Below, piece after piece: positions 52,460 through 64,000 of a DNA stretch of 64,000 nt. The position numbers and the translations under genes are program-made. The DNA comes from Novakomyces olei (Eukaryota): NCBI GenBank assembly GCA_016906335.1, contig JADEYG010000001.1, forward strand, positions 930,001 through 994,000, given 5' to 3'. How positions within the stretch are numbered: the first letter of the stretch is position 1; each line of letters begins with the position of its first letter. The notes under the pieces are model-generated. The model was not told the origin of the DNA. It did not search any database and was given only the letters and a program-made list of their open reading frames with translations.

Positions 52460-53506
52460 GGTGTGGGGGCTCTCATATACCGTGGATTTTATGATTTTAG
52501 GATTTTGTAAATGTGTTTAGCTAAATTTACGAATTCTAGTGAATTAGTATACTAGTGAATTAATATTAATAATGAATATTATTAGGAAATATATATAGCA
52601 AATTATCTTTTTTGCTGTTCACTGTTCATGATATGATATTTATTATGAATCAGACTATTCAACTAGACAAAGCAATTCTAGAGCATATTGGTTAAAATTA
52701 TGAATGAGCTGCAGAGGAATCACAGCAAACCTCAAAATATGGTAGAATTGGCTCAAAGTGCAGCATTTTATAAATTCTCATTTCTAATTGGCACTCGACC
52801 AAATGTGTGCGGTGAAGATCCAGTACGTGGTCGTCGTTGGTCTAAAGACGCTGTAAACGTTTCGCACCTGCAAGCAAATACAGATAAACAGCTGCATCGT
52901 CATTTAAAGCACCGATACATTGCTCGGCAGTTTTTGGTGTATTTTAGCATTAGAAGATTAGGCGGAAAGAGTATAATGACCCCACAAATGATGGACTCTA
53001 CTATCAATGGACTCTGGCTCGTATCTATTCCTGCTGCAGTCATACAATAAGGGATCATTCCTATATCTAAGAGAGCTTGAAGGAAATGCTTGCATGCAAA
53101 GTCATAAGGAAAATCGTGTACAAATCTCCTCCCTCTGCCTGGCTCGAATGCTAATATGGTTATATCGGTTTGCTCCACATACAAGAAACTGAAAGCGGGG
53201 AAGACAGAACCATTCGCTTGCTAATATTGCTTGATAAAATCACATCTTATACTTGAATAAAATATACCGCGTCGCCAAAGAGGGAAGCAATATACTGCTC
53301 TTATAGAAAAGTCTATTTTATGGGTAGGGTCCGTCCCGTCCTTGGAAACAGGCCCGTGTATATCAAGTGAACTTGTTCGCATTTCGTAATATCAGCACTG
53401 GCAGATCATCTCACTACAATGACCCATTGCTTGAACTTTATTACCATTTCCGAAACATTTCCGCCCAAGATGATCGTATGCTCGACCAAAAAGACGCTAA
53501 TCTGAA

Positions 53507-53856
53507 TTACGTAAGGATCCGTCAAAGGGTCTTTGCCCTCAATTCGACACGTGATGCAGGGAAATCACGTGACTAAAGGTATATGATTGGATAGAAAATG
53601 ACGCAACTCAGCCCACTGCTCAAGTGTTCCGCGAGTTCCGCGTCCTCTGTATCCCATTTAGATAACTCCGCAAAAACACTGCCTTTATTCTTACGTAACA
53701 ATCTTATTGTCCGCTATGCTTTGTATCTAAAATGTTAAACACACTTTGCGTGCGATCAATTGCCGTTGTTTGTACATCTGATGCGCCTCGCACAAGTATG
53801 CTTATTGAACGTCTGTGCTGCGTTATACTTTATCTACTTTATCAAATATTACGTAA
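53507..53856. promoter_or_regulatory. Cluster of bZIP and E-box motifs upstream of the bZIP gene
   Basis: TTACGTAA at 53507, 53691 and 53849; ATGACGCAA at 53598; CACGTG at 53548 and 53566. Confidence 0.5.
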
Positions 53857-54661
53857 GAAAGCGTGCAAAGCGTGCAGTTATGTATATGTAACTGGCACAG
53901 TAAAATTACACTAGTCGCTGCTGCACAATCCACTGGTGGCCCGATCGGGATATCGATCGCCATGATCGAGATCGTTAATGCGGAGCAGTGTCGATAGCGT
54001 TTTAAGGGCACAATACATATATACACTATGGATATAAGCGACACAGGCAGGCGCAATAGCCATCGAGCCCAAAGGCAGTCGTACATCAATGATTCTTATA
54101 CGACAATCAGTATCACGGGCATATGTATCATTGATAGACAGTATGGATGCTATACACATTCCTCTCGTAAATAGTAATCTTCTCCTTTGGGACTCGTTGT
54201 GCGGTTTCGGCAATAAGCTTTTTATCGTCAATGTAGTTTTACTGTTTTATGCTTACTTTAAATCACAAACCTCCTGCCAAAATTATACCGCAATTCTTAC
54301 GCCGATCCACTCTCCCATCTCGGTGAGAATATGGATACACATATAATATATAAACCCAACGCTCGATCCACACGGCACAAACCAATCGACGTGCGATAAA
54401 TATACTGATCCCGATTGCTCAAACGTGCCGACGACACGGCAAAAACACTCCATAAACGCTCTATTTTCTTGGCTCTGCCGTTTATTAAAGCCTGCGCTTG
54501 AACACTGACCGGTGATTTGTGCCTCAAGATTCATTTGTCTTGTGGAGTTTGCGAGTCACATCTTTTATCCTTCAACTCGCTTGTCGAGCGGTTCACATTC
54601 AGGTTTTCTGGAAAACTGCTTGAACAGGCTCTGGCGTATAAACTAACCAAATCCCGGCTTC

Positions 54662-56158
54662 ATGGCCGATACGCCAGGAAGTAGTGGGTTTTTCACCGCT
54701 GCATTTAACGAGTTTACTTGCGCAAACAACGTATTTGACTCCTCATTTGCTGCTGCTTCAGGCTCCGACCTTGCAACTCCGCTCAAGCCACGCGACGAGG
54801 CACTAGAGCCTTCCTCTATCCTGAGCAACAGCGCGAGAGACGCGACAGCTCTCGCCTCGACTCCCTCGAGCGACGCTTCCACGCCCCGCAATACAGTGAC
54901 GTCTGCAGAAAGCGCTACACTGTCCTCGGCACTTCCGTCAACGGAACAAGTGCCGCGCCTTACTCCGGACAACGAACCTGTGGCTGCTGCTAATACTGAC
55001 GTCGAGCACTGGGCGTCCACACTCTCCCGGCTCTCTGACGATCCAGTGAAATCGGAGCAACGAGATCGACGGGGATCTAATTATTCTGTCGCCTCTTCTG
55101 CTTCTTCTAATTTCAGTCCTGCCCGTTCTTCACAGCTAAAGAAACCCAAAGTAGAGCAATTACCACCGGGTTTGTTTGTGGAGGGAGGACTCGCTCTGGA
55201 CGCAGCTAAACAAGAACCAACGCCAGTCTCTCCAGGTCTGGAAAAGGACAGCGATTACCCGTCGATGTTTTACGAACCAGAGTACTCTTCCTTGCCGCTC
55301 GATCCGGGATCAGCAATGCCCCGATCAACTTCTTTCCATCATTTTCAGTCTTCGGGCCGCTCGGCAATGGAACAAAGCGGTTACTCTGCCAGAGGCACTG
55401 TACCAATCTCTGTGGCTTCTAATCCAATGCCGAACATGGCATCGGTTCCCTATGCCATTGGATCCGCGAGAAATACTGCTGGCAGCTCTATCAGTAATGA
55501 TAGAGGCAGCAGTAAAGGCCGGAGACGTAGCCGACGCTCTTCGGTTACTGCTCTTCCTCTGACGGGGTTCCAACCCTCTCAGCGTCGGTCATCCAAGTCT
55601 CTACGATTTGACAGTGAGGAGGCAATTGACGGGTACGATGATGAAGACAATGATCCAAGCATGGGCGATGACGACGAGGACATAGAATCGAAGCGTCGAC
55701 GGTTCTTGGAACGAAATAGAGTGGCTGCCTCAAAGAGCCGTCAAAAGAAAAAGCAATGGACCATGGATTTAGAGAATACGGCTCGTATTGCCTCGCAAAA
55801 ATCCCAGCATTTGCAAATGATTATAGGTCGGCTGAAGGAAGAGCTTTTGCAGCTCAAAACGGAGCTTCTGCGACACCGTGACTGTGATTGTCCTGCTATT
55901 ACACAGTACATCTCTCAAGAAGCACAAAACTTATCGGCAAACATGTCTTTATCGTCTTACACTGAACCTGACTCTTTGCCCGCAGATCGTTCACAGTTGC
56001 CGACCGTAGAAGAAGGTATTATGGCCCTGGACAGCGGCAGTCCACGATTGAAGCGCAAATTGGAGAGTCCTACGTTCGATTACGATAGCAATTTTACACT
56101 TTCCCGTAACGTTCCGTCTGCACAAGTTAAGCAAATTACTGTACAGGGCGGTGCGTAG
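54662..56158 (+). CDS. ATF/CREB-family bZIP transcription factor (Atf21/AtfB-like), 498 aa, no intron detected
   Basis: KRRRFLERNRVAASKSRQKKKQW, a heptad leucine zipper, then LLRHRDCDCPAITQY. Confidence 0.88.
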   Translation: MADTPGSSGFFTAAFNEFTCANNVFDSSFAAASGSDLATPLKPRDEALEPSSILSNSARDATALASTPSSDASTPRNTVTSAESATLSSALPSTEQVPRLTPDNEPVAAANTDVEHWASTLSRLSDDPVKSEQRDRRGSNYSVASSASSNFSPARSSQLKKPKVEQLPPGLFVEGGLALDAAKQEPTPVSPGLEKDSDYPSMFYEPEYSSLPLDPGSAMPRSTSFHHFQSSGRSAMEQSGYSARGTVPISVASNPMPNMASVPYAIGSARNTAGSSISNDRGSSKGRRRSRRSSVTALPLTGFQPSQRRSSKSLRFDSEEAIDGYDDEDNDPSMGDDDEDIESKRRRFLERNRVAASKSRQKKKQWTMDLENTARIASQKSQHLQMIIGRLKEELLQLKTELLRHRDCDCPAITQYISQEAQNLSANMSLSSYTEPDSLPADRSQLPTVEEGIMALDSGSPRLKRKLESPTFDYDSNFTLSRNVPSAQVKQITVQGGA

Positions 56159-57277
56159 TTTCTTTTGATAAAGGCACGGGCTATTGTGACAAGAAGATTG
56201 GGTTTGATTCTTTTATAAATACCGAATTTCATTCCATATGATACCTTTTGATTGAACGCTATTTTTACCTTTTGAAATGGATCTTGCTGCTCAAATCAAG
56301 ATTTATTTGGTTACTGAAATATCACATTTGCGTCCAGGCTTATCTGTCTATTCCAAATTTGATCTTTTTACTGTTAAATATTTGACTTTTTTATCATGTA
56401 TTTTCTCAACAACATTATCATTTTTTTCAAATACGGGCCTTTACAATCGTAATGTTCTTAAAAACAGGTTGATGCTGTTTCAACAGTTCACCAATTTTAG
56501 CAGGACCATCTTGCGAAGAATGGCTGCTTATGGAATGGCTTGATTGACCTTTTTTATTCTGCAGTATTTAAGCGTCTGTCATTTCCGCGTGGGGTTTATT
56601 TTTGGTTATACTTGTTCTTTGATTTGGTGATGAAAAAGTTTAACGGAGTTATCGGCGTTTGGTATTGTACATAGGTGATATAATGAAGAAACTTAGCAAA
56701 TTAAACACGAACATATATATAGCAAATGTTCCAAGTCAGTAGCTGCAGTGATTTCAAAGAAAACTAGATCAGACCTCCACTCTGATCGTGGTAAATATTT
56801 TGGCGGGGCGCAATTTGTGAATAGCTGGATTTTGCTAGGGACAAGGATAATGAGTTAGAGCAATATTAAATTGATATTTCCATATTTCACCATTTTGATC
56901 TGCTTGTATTTACTTTAAATTTATTAAATGCGCGGTGGCTGTACTAAACACAAGGTCATACATACAAGAGAGACCACGTCGATCAGATAAATACAGAAAA
57001 ACTAAAACCGCGAAGCGATTTAGAAAGATTCAGTCGCATTTTCCCCCTTTTCACCTGCTTCGTAGGCGGAATAAAAAAATGCCGTTCCTAATGGATGGAT
57101 TTGGTCAAGATATAAACATGTATTTATTTATTTTTTTTATTTATTTTTTTTTTTAATCCGCAAGTTTTAAATATTTGATCCATATCTAAACGGCTTTGTC
57201 GTGATACATATAACAGCACGAGTCAAAGAATCGACCGCATGCTATATATATCCACACCAGCAGTGGGACGACACATT

Positions 57278-58005
57278 TTAGTTAGCTCCTCCCTTTACAT
57301 ATTCGACAAACTGCAAGTTAGTCTCTATTTAAAAAAAATTAAAAAATTAAAAAATTAACAAAAAAAAACAAAATAGAACAGAATAGAAGAAGATAAAAAA
57401 CATACTTCATCAATAATAATAGGCCAAGCGCCTTCCGGGTCATAGCCCTCAAACGTCTCAGGATCAACGGTTGCCTGAAACTGAAACAGTTGTTGCCACG
57501 AGTCACGTGGCACAGCACGCCCCGCTTGCCTTTGCTTAACAAAATCTAACCATTTTGGCAAAAGCACCCATCCATTTAGTGAGAGTAAAAGTGTCCAATA
57601 ATCACAAGCAATATCAAGAGGCAAAGTGCGGGCTCCGCCGGCAGCATTCGACCTTACAAGATCAAAAGTGGCATTGTAAACGCGTCGAAATAAATCAGTA
57701 TCATGAGTCCATGTAGCACGCCAGCGATTTACTTGTATACGCATTGCTGCTTCGGTAGATACGTTCCAGCTGCTCCATCCGCTAATGAAAGAATCTCGAG
57801 GTAATTCGCCCAACGAAATTGCCCCCAGTATAGTATGGACACAGAGCGTTAAAGGCTCCTCCAAGTCGAGTCCAATTGCTTGTAAATAGGCCATTGTCGC
57901 TTCCAGTCCCATAGTATTATTGACGTCATCACTGCCCTTGTATTTTTCAAAAATTCGTTCCAGCGCTGCCTCTTCTTTGGCCTCGCCCTTGCGCTGTCGC
58001 GCCAT
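57278..58005 (-). CDS. DCN1: Dcn1-like neddylation co-E3 (PONY/cullin-binding domain); exons 58005-57406, 57310-57278
   Basis: F..GW, FRRVYNATFD, LPLDIACDYWTLL, WLDFV, VPRDSWQQL, and YDPEGAWPIIIDEFVEY (spliced). Confidence 0.9.
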
Positions 58006-58248
58006 GGCCGTTGATATTGTATGAGACTGACGGCGCTATTGACATATTTCAGGAATCTGTAAATAACATACAGGGTTAGTTAGGGTTAATTCAATCGCGT
58101 AGACAGAATAATTATTCTAATTAACTAGTCTAATTGATTATTGTAATTATTGTAATTAATTACTGTAATTGTTCTAATTTTCTGGTATAATTAATAAATA
58201 TAAAATCAATGATTGCCCCGTTGAAACGAACGTCCTCTCTATTCTTCG

Positions 58249-58851
58249 ATGCCACAAGTATCACCGCTTTTGCGCGCGGATGGTTCGAGCGAATGGACAG
58301 AAAAGAAAAACACTGAAACTGCTGCGCGGGTAATTTGTGCAGTTCATGGACCGACAGAGGTGCGAGTGCGTGATGAGACCTTGGGCCGAGCAACCCTCGA
58401 AATTATTGTAAGACCAGCAAATACTCTGGCGCCTGATCGGCTATGGGGGCGACAGTTTGAGCAACAATTGAATGCTATAATTGCACCAGCAATACTGCGG
58501 AGACAGTATCCGCGCAGTGCTATTCAAATTATTGTGCAGACTCTATACGAGGCGGACAGTAGCGCTTTTCTTATAGCGGCAGCAGTTAATGCCGTCTCGT
58601 TGGCGCTTTTAGACGCCGGCATTGCTCTACGTGGAGTACTGGTGGCTGTTGCCGAAGAAGAGGCTGTTTTCACTTACGAGTACCCGAGCGCGCAACTAGT
58701 ACATTCGGGTCTGGTTATGAGGCAGTCTATTAATGCAGGCGAAATCTGGTCGCTTTCGCAAAAGGCACGGCAGCGTGCTGACAGTGTTTATGCATCCATG
58801 CAGGAAATGCTGACGGATAAATGTGCAATTGATGAGCGGTCTCTCTCGTAA
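58249..58851 (+). CDS. RRP46: Exosome RNase PH-like subunit Rrp46
   Basis: LLRADGS, VICAVHGPTEV, ATLEIIVRP, YPRSAIQIIVQ, AAAVNAVSLALLDAGI. Confidence 0.85.
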   Translation: MPQVSPLLRADGSSEWTEKKNTETAARVICAVHGPTEVRVRDETLGRATLEIIVRPANTLAPDRLWGRQFEQQLNAIIAPAILRRQYPRSAIQIIVQTLYEADSSAFLIAAAVNAVSLALLDAGIALRGVLVAVAEEEAVFTYEYPSAQLVHSGLVMRQSINAGEIWSLSQKARQRADSVYASMQEMLTDKCAIDERSLS

Positions 58852-59142
58852 ACTTACAGTGATTGGGGATGTGAAATAATGGCTGATGCCAATAGGCACA
58901 TTGGATGCCTAAATTAGTGTACTATATATATGTGAACAGTAAAAGCCAAAATATAATTTTAGTAGCAATTATAATAAATAAATAAATAAATTAAATCTTT
59001 ACACTACTTGCACATCACTCGTATCCTGAATTTGAGTCATAATTGTGTGATCTCATTCAAAAGGCGCAATAATATATACAAAAACAAGGCCATGAGCTGC
59101 GTCTTACTACTAGTAATCCCTGGTTATCATTGTAGCCCCCTT

Positions 59143-61344
59143 TTAAGCAAGGTAACGATACTGCTGGCCAGAATCATCCTCCGTGACTCTTTCGATATAC
59201 TCCTTCTCAATGAGTTTGCCAATTGCTCCCTTAATGTCGCCCACATTAGGCGCTCCTCGATTCTTTATAGCATCAATCGTATCTCGCACAAGTTCGGTAT
59301 GTGTGATTTTCCTTCTTGCCTTCATAATACGTACAATTGCCGCTTGAATTTCAAACTCACGATCTTGCCTTATCCGCTCATGTGTAGCCCTGTTCTCTTC
59401 CTTTGTCTCCTTTAATTGAATCTGGTTTACTTTTATTCGGAATAGCCTATCCGTAAACCCTAAGTTGACGGCAAAACGATCAGTAGGTAAGATCTCCTTG
59501 CTTCCTTTGGTATTTTTCAAAAGCAACCGAGTTCGACCTAATGCAAGACTTTGTAATGTACGCTTGAGCTCCACATCAGGCAGACCCGTCTCTGCCTTTA
59601 AATCGGAATAACGCAGGCTTTTGCCGTCTGGAACAGAATTGAAGGCAAGCAAAACGAGGGCCTGGAAAAGACTAAGCACTAATTCTTTACGCCCAGCCTT
59701 GGGAAACTGAGCGCGCAGAACACAATGTGAGAGCTGGTGGCGATACATAAGCTTACGTCCTGTTTGCTGTGAAAGATAAAACGTAGAGAAAGTCTGGAGA
59801 TCAGACTCCATGTTTGGCGGCAACCGAGCGGGCACTTCTGGATAAGTAGGCCAGAAGCCTTGCGATAAAACGTTCACATACAAATCCAAGCCGGGAGATA
59901 AATTTGAGACAGCTTTAGAGTTCTGGTTGTTAGTTGTTGCTACGATACGAGAATATTAAATTTATGATAAATAATAAAACGCATACCTTGAAAGACTGCA
60001 TAAAGTCGTGAGAGAGCTCAATATCGCGAAATACTCCCTCTAATTTTTGTGTGAATATGGGTCCGCACTCGGCTCGTAATTTAGTCAACATACTACGCTC
60101 AGCATCGGAGCTAGCACTCTTGCCCAGTAGCAGCCGTTTAGCAAGATCTTTCTTGTAAAATGCTTCAAAAACATCTTTGCTTTGTAAGAAACGAAATATC
60201 TCCATACAGTGCTCCAGCTGTTTCTCTAAATCATTAGCATCAGTGGTGCTCGATTCCTGTTGACTGTTTCCGGTCTCAGCTGCTTTGCTAATGAGAACAT
60301 TACGACTCCTTAAGGCCTCATCAATATGCTTCGCCAGCAATTCAGCAACCATAACGGAATCCTTGTTCACAAACCGTTCGAAAGCAGTACGATATGCCTG
60401 CCTGATGATGGGGTCATTGTGAAAGTAATTAGAGACGATACGCTGCGCCTGGCCATACAGCCGGAAAATGCCATCTATCAGCTCTGGACGGCCGGCAAAA
60501 GCCTTGAGCAGAGATTCGCCGTTGCTTAAAAAGTAAGCTTCAAACCGCGAACGCACCAAGTCTCGAGAACTGGGATCCGCAGCTGATCCCCGCAAAGCTT
60601 CGTACAAAAGTGACAGAGCTTTGTTGGACTTTGCACCTTCGCTTTCACTCTCAATTAAGCGGGGCAGTCCCTCCACAATAGTGTTTGCGTGAGCATCGAA
60701 AAAGGCTTTACGCACTATTTCAACCTGTTGATTTGCAAAGTCGGAATCTTCCATTGCCCACTCTATAATCTCGCGTTCTTTACGAAGACTTGCAAAGCCC
60801 AGTTCCAAATAATCCGCCGTGCTTTCTACTCCAATGGCAGAAGCAGTCTCGTTATCGAAGAATTCCCGGGTCGATGAGACTACCTGCACCTGAAAATCCA
60901 GTGTATATAGACCCAAAGTCCGTGTGAGAGCAACGTACTGCCTGATACCCGGCTCAGATCCTGCAGTCGCTAGTGCGCCCTGCCGCCTTGCTGTGCATAG
61001 TATAGCCGCTACATCTCGTAAGAAAGGTCGGGTCCACTCGTGGAATATGATTGTACGGAAAAGCTCAATCGCATAGTCTTGAATCATCATCCGACCGGGA
61101 GTGTTCATCAGGTAGGTGCGATCCAAGTAGAACAAGATTGATTTCGCTATTTCCTGCGGCTCGATTAGAATACGATACGATAGATACAATATGTCATCGC
61201 AAAATTATAATATCCGCAAGAGTATATCACACGAAAGGGCAATTGGAACAAGAACAATCTTCCAAAAAGCAAGCAAATGGAAATGAATGAAAGATAGTAC
61301 GGAAGAGCCGTAAAATATAAAGGCACGACGAAAAAAAAAAGTAA

Positions 61345-61380
<36 letters not shown>

Positions 61381-61998
61381 CCAAACGGATGAATTAATTA
61401 ATTAAAAAGCACAAAACAGACAGAGCAAAAAGCCATTGGCTAACAATGAACAAGCTGAGGCAAGACGTACCGTTTTCTTCACCCAGGGCAGGTAAGCTTC
61501 AGCGTATAGTGCCCTTGCTAGAGCACCAACGACTGCACTTTCGCGGCTGATGACTAACGCCAGCCGTCGCTGAAGAGCCTCAGCAGACTGCTGAAACCGC
61601 TTTTGCACGGTTGAAGCTGCTCGCTCAGTCCACGAAAGCCCCTCGCGACAATTGCCTCGACTCGCGCAGCATAAATGCTCAATGCCCTTGTATAAGCCTT
61701 GAACGCCGTGCAGAGCAAACGCGGAAGGAGGTCTCTTGAGACGGCCCGCTGCCTTTGAAACTGCCGAGACGGCAGTTACGTCATCGTCGAATATGCCTTG
61801 CAGCGTGGCATCAAGCCACTCCAAAACAGTTTCATAATACTCTGTCTCCCGTTGGCTGTTTGCTTTATTTGCTGTTGCCAAACTTGCGCCGTCCGACTTG
61901 AGGTTTCGGATATGAAGACGCCTTACTTGAGGGCCGAGACCGCCTCCTCCTTTACGCGGAGCCGTTGGCTGCGTCAAGTCAATTACGCCTGGCGGCAT
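59143..61998 (-). CDS. CUL4: Cullin-4; exons 61998-61471 (alternative in-frame upstream ATGs up to 62082), 61153-59987, 59922-59143
   Basis: VIDLT..RRLHIRNLK N-terminus, FYLDRTY, KDVFEAFYKKDLAKRLLLGKSAS, ECGPIFTQKLEG, KELVLSLFQ, QIQLKET, and the neddylation site IVRIMK. Confidence 0.93.
61346..61379. repeat. (AGAC)n repeat in CUL4 intron 1
   Basis: About 8 copies, read directly. Confidence 0.85.
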
Positions 61999-62287
61999 TA
62001 TGATCGGGTGACGGTGACGGTGACGGTGCTTGTCCGGTCTATATAGCAAACGCATATTAGTAGCGTTGCGTATGTAATGCAATAAATATTACGTATATTA
62101 GTATTGTATAGTGTCGTATATTAGTGGAATTTAAACATACATACATTAATTAACTAATTAATTAATAAATATATTTATAAATATATTTATAATTATATTA
62201 TAGAGCTTCGTTCAAACGGCATTCTAGTACTACTGCTGCAATTTCGACAGGATTTGATACACAAATTTATTAATCATGCCCCAACAA

Positions 62288-64000
62288 CTAGTCCTTGTCT
62301 ACCCATTGCAGGTACTCAACATCGTCGTCCGCGCTATTAGCACGACGGCATTTACGCGATAGTACTTCGTGGACCTTTGCAGCCACACCCGGTTTGTTTT
62401 CCCATTTGTCCACAAAATGGTCCACAATCTCTTGCCGAGTCATGGCCAGTGAACCGCTTTCCGCGTCGTAGCCCTGAACGTACCTCCGAATCTGAGATTC
62501 ACGGGGCAAGGCATGATGCCGCCAAGGGTACTCTGTGTAATTTGCTTTGGCGGACGGAGGCCTCTCAAAGGTAAGCCTCGGAGCAAAGGCGCCCTCTGCC
62601 GGCTGGAAATAGTCACCGAAATTAACCTCTGCAATGTCCTTTACATGCCAAGATGGATCGGAGCGTCGCACTAACTTTGCCTCCACTCCTTCCACAAAAT
62701 CAGGGGTCTGCATGAAATGACAGGCTACGTCATAGTCTGTGGAAAGCGCCTGGCTGATATCGTAATCACGGCCACGTTTGAGCAGTTCCAGGGCAACAGC
62801 ACAGCTAATTACAGACCGTTGCCGGATAGTAGCCGCTGTCTCCTTGGCCCAGTCAGAGCCTTCAGCGTCCAATGCCCGGAGAATAGAGGGTAAATCGTTT
62901 CCTGAGAAACAATGATCAATTTCTTTGCGCATGGATCCAGAGATTCTTGCAGGCTGCTGGCCCTCAATGGGCTGTTGTACAAACTCATTCAGGGCACGAT
63001 TTATTTTGCGAGTATCAGTCGTATCGAGCTCCGCCAGGCGAGTACGTACTTTATCCACATCATTGGAAGAAATATAGTGGGTAGCAACGCCGGCGAAAAA
63101 GGCTTCGTACCCGTTCAGTCTCTCACTAGTGAGAGCAAGGTACTTGCCCAAACTACCATCAAGACGAGACAGGAAAAAGCTGGTTCCAACATCGGGAAAG
63201 AAGCCAATCGTCGTCTCCGGCATGGAGAAAACAGTTTTCTCCGTGGCCAACCTGAATGGGGCGTGTACGGACAAGCCAACACCGCCGCCCACTGAAAATA
63301 ATTAGTTATGAATGAAAATAAAATAAATAGACAAACAAATAAATTGGTTGATTAATTAAATTTATGTATTTGACCATACTTGTTATTCCATCCATGATTG
63401 ATACGATTGGTTTCCCATACGAAGCAATTAGCTGGTCTAGAGTATACTCCTTGCGAAAGTATTCACTGGCCTGCTTCTGACCTTCTTCTCCTGTCTTTGC
63501 CAGCTCAGCGGCCGCCGCTACGTCTCCACCGGCACAGAGTGCACGGCCACCGTTACCGCTAAGCACGATAACCTTGGCCAAATCCGAGGTTTCGTATTTC
63601 TGGATAGTGTAAGATATTTGCCAAATAATCGTCGATCAAAACTATTTATTCTGGAAAGAACGAGAGGCTGCCCAGCGCTGTTGTGACGAGATGGGACAAG
63701 AGACCGAGTTGTAAGCGTACCTTGAGCTCAGGCAGTATGAGATCACACATATCGCCATTGAGAGCGTTCAATTTTCGTGGGCGGTTAAGTGCTACACCAC
63801 GTAATCCCAGTTCGCTGCTGAAAAGCACGGATGCCTTTTAATACCGTTAGTAACTTGCAATGGTGGCCTTTGGGCTTACTTCAGCAGACTCTGTACTCTG
63901 GAAACGCGCATCCATAATTCGTGAGCGGAGCGGCATAGCGCGCTGCCACGGAGCACAGAACAGTATATTCTTTGAGCGAGAACACGCCTGCGCTCTTAAC
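62288..64000 (-). CDS. EHD3: 3-hydroxyisobutyryl-CoA hydrolase / mitoribosomal mS47 (Ehd3); exons (>=63936)-63879, 63834-63721, 63599-63380, 63291-62288; frame open to the window edge
   Basis: LNRPRKLNALN, ALCAGGDV, YFRKEY, MDGITMGGGVGLS (spliced), MPETTIGFFPDVG, DFVEGV, and a fungal-type C-terminal extension. Confidence 0.92.

Noticed and set aside
52688..54534. Short ORFs in the CAND1-bZIP intergenic region
   Set aside because: No recognisable domain or coherent exon structure; more consistent with a long promoter or 5' UTR. A lncRNA cannot be excluded.

Overview
Gene-dense, intron-containing fungal DNA in the standard genetic code (CTG encodes conserved Leu in Hsp70). It is probably an early-diverging ascomycete of the Taphrinomycotina type; this is an inference from how closely the Hsp70 and bZIP proteins resemble fission-yeast proteins, and the species was not identified. 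By hand-splicing GT-AG introns I reconstructed 20 protein-coding genes with 32 introns: GLT1, an NCS1 permease, PMT2, a cytosolic HSP70, RCL1, GPI16, RVB2, LIN1, a Zn2Cys6 transcription factor, a KDM4-type JmjC demethylase, YME2, an APE2-type M1 aminopeptidase, APC15, a Caprin-like protein, CAND1, an ATF/CREB bZIP, DCN1, RRP46, CUL4 and EHD3 (open at the window edge). I found no supportable tRNA, rRNA, transposase or CRISPR. Points of interest: (1) CAND1, DCN1 and CUL4 lie within about 14 kb of each other; (2) site-specific tandem repeats with 3-26 bp units occur in introns, UTRs and in frame inside conserved proteins; (3) the branch-point-to-3'-splice-site spacing peaks sharply at 2 nt; (4) a recurring TTAGGGTTAA telobox-like motif, including a duplicated perfect inverted-repeat cassette between convergent genes; (5) several perfect palindromes and candidate regulatory elements. 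None of these was checked against databases.
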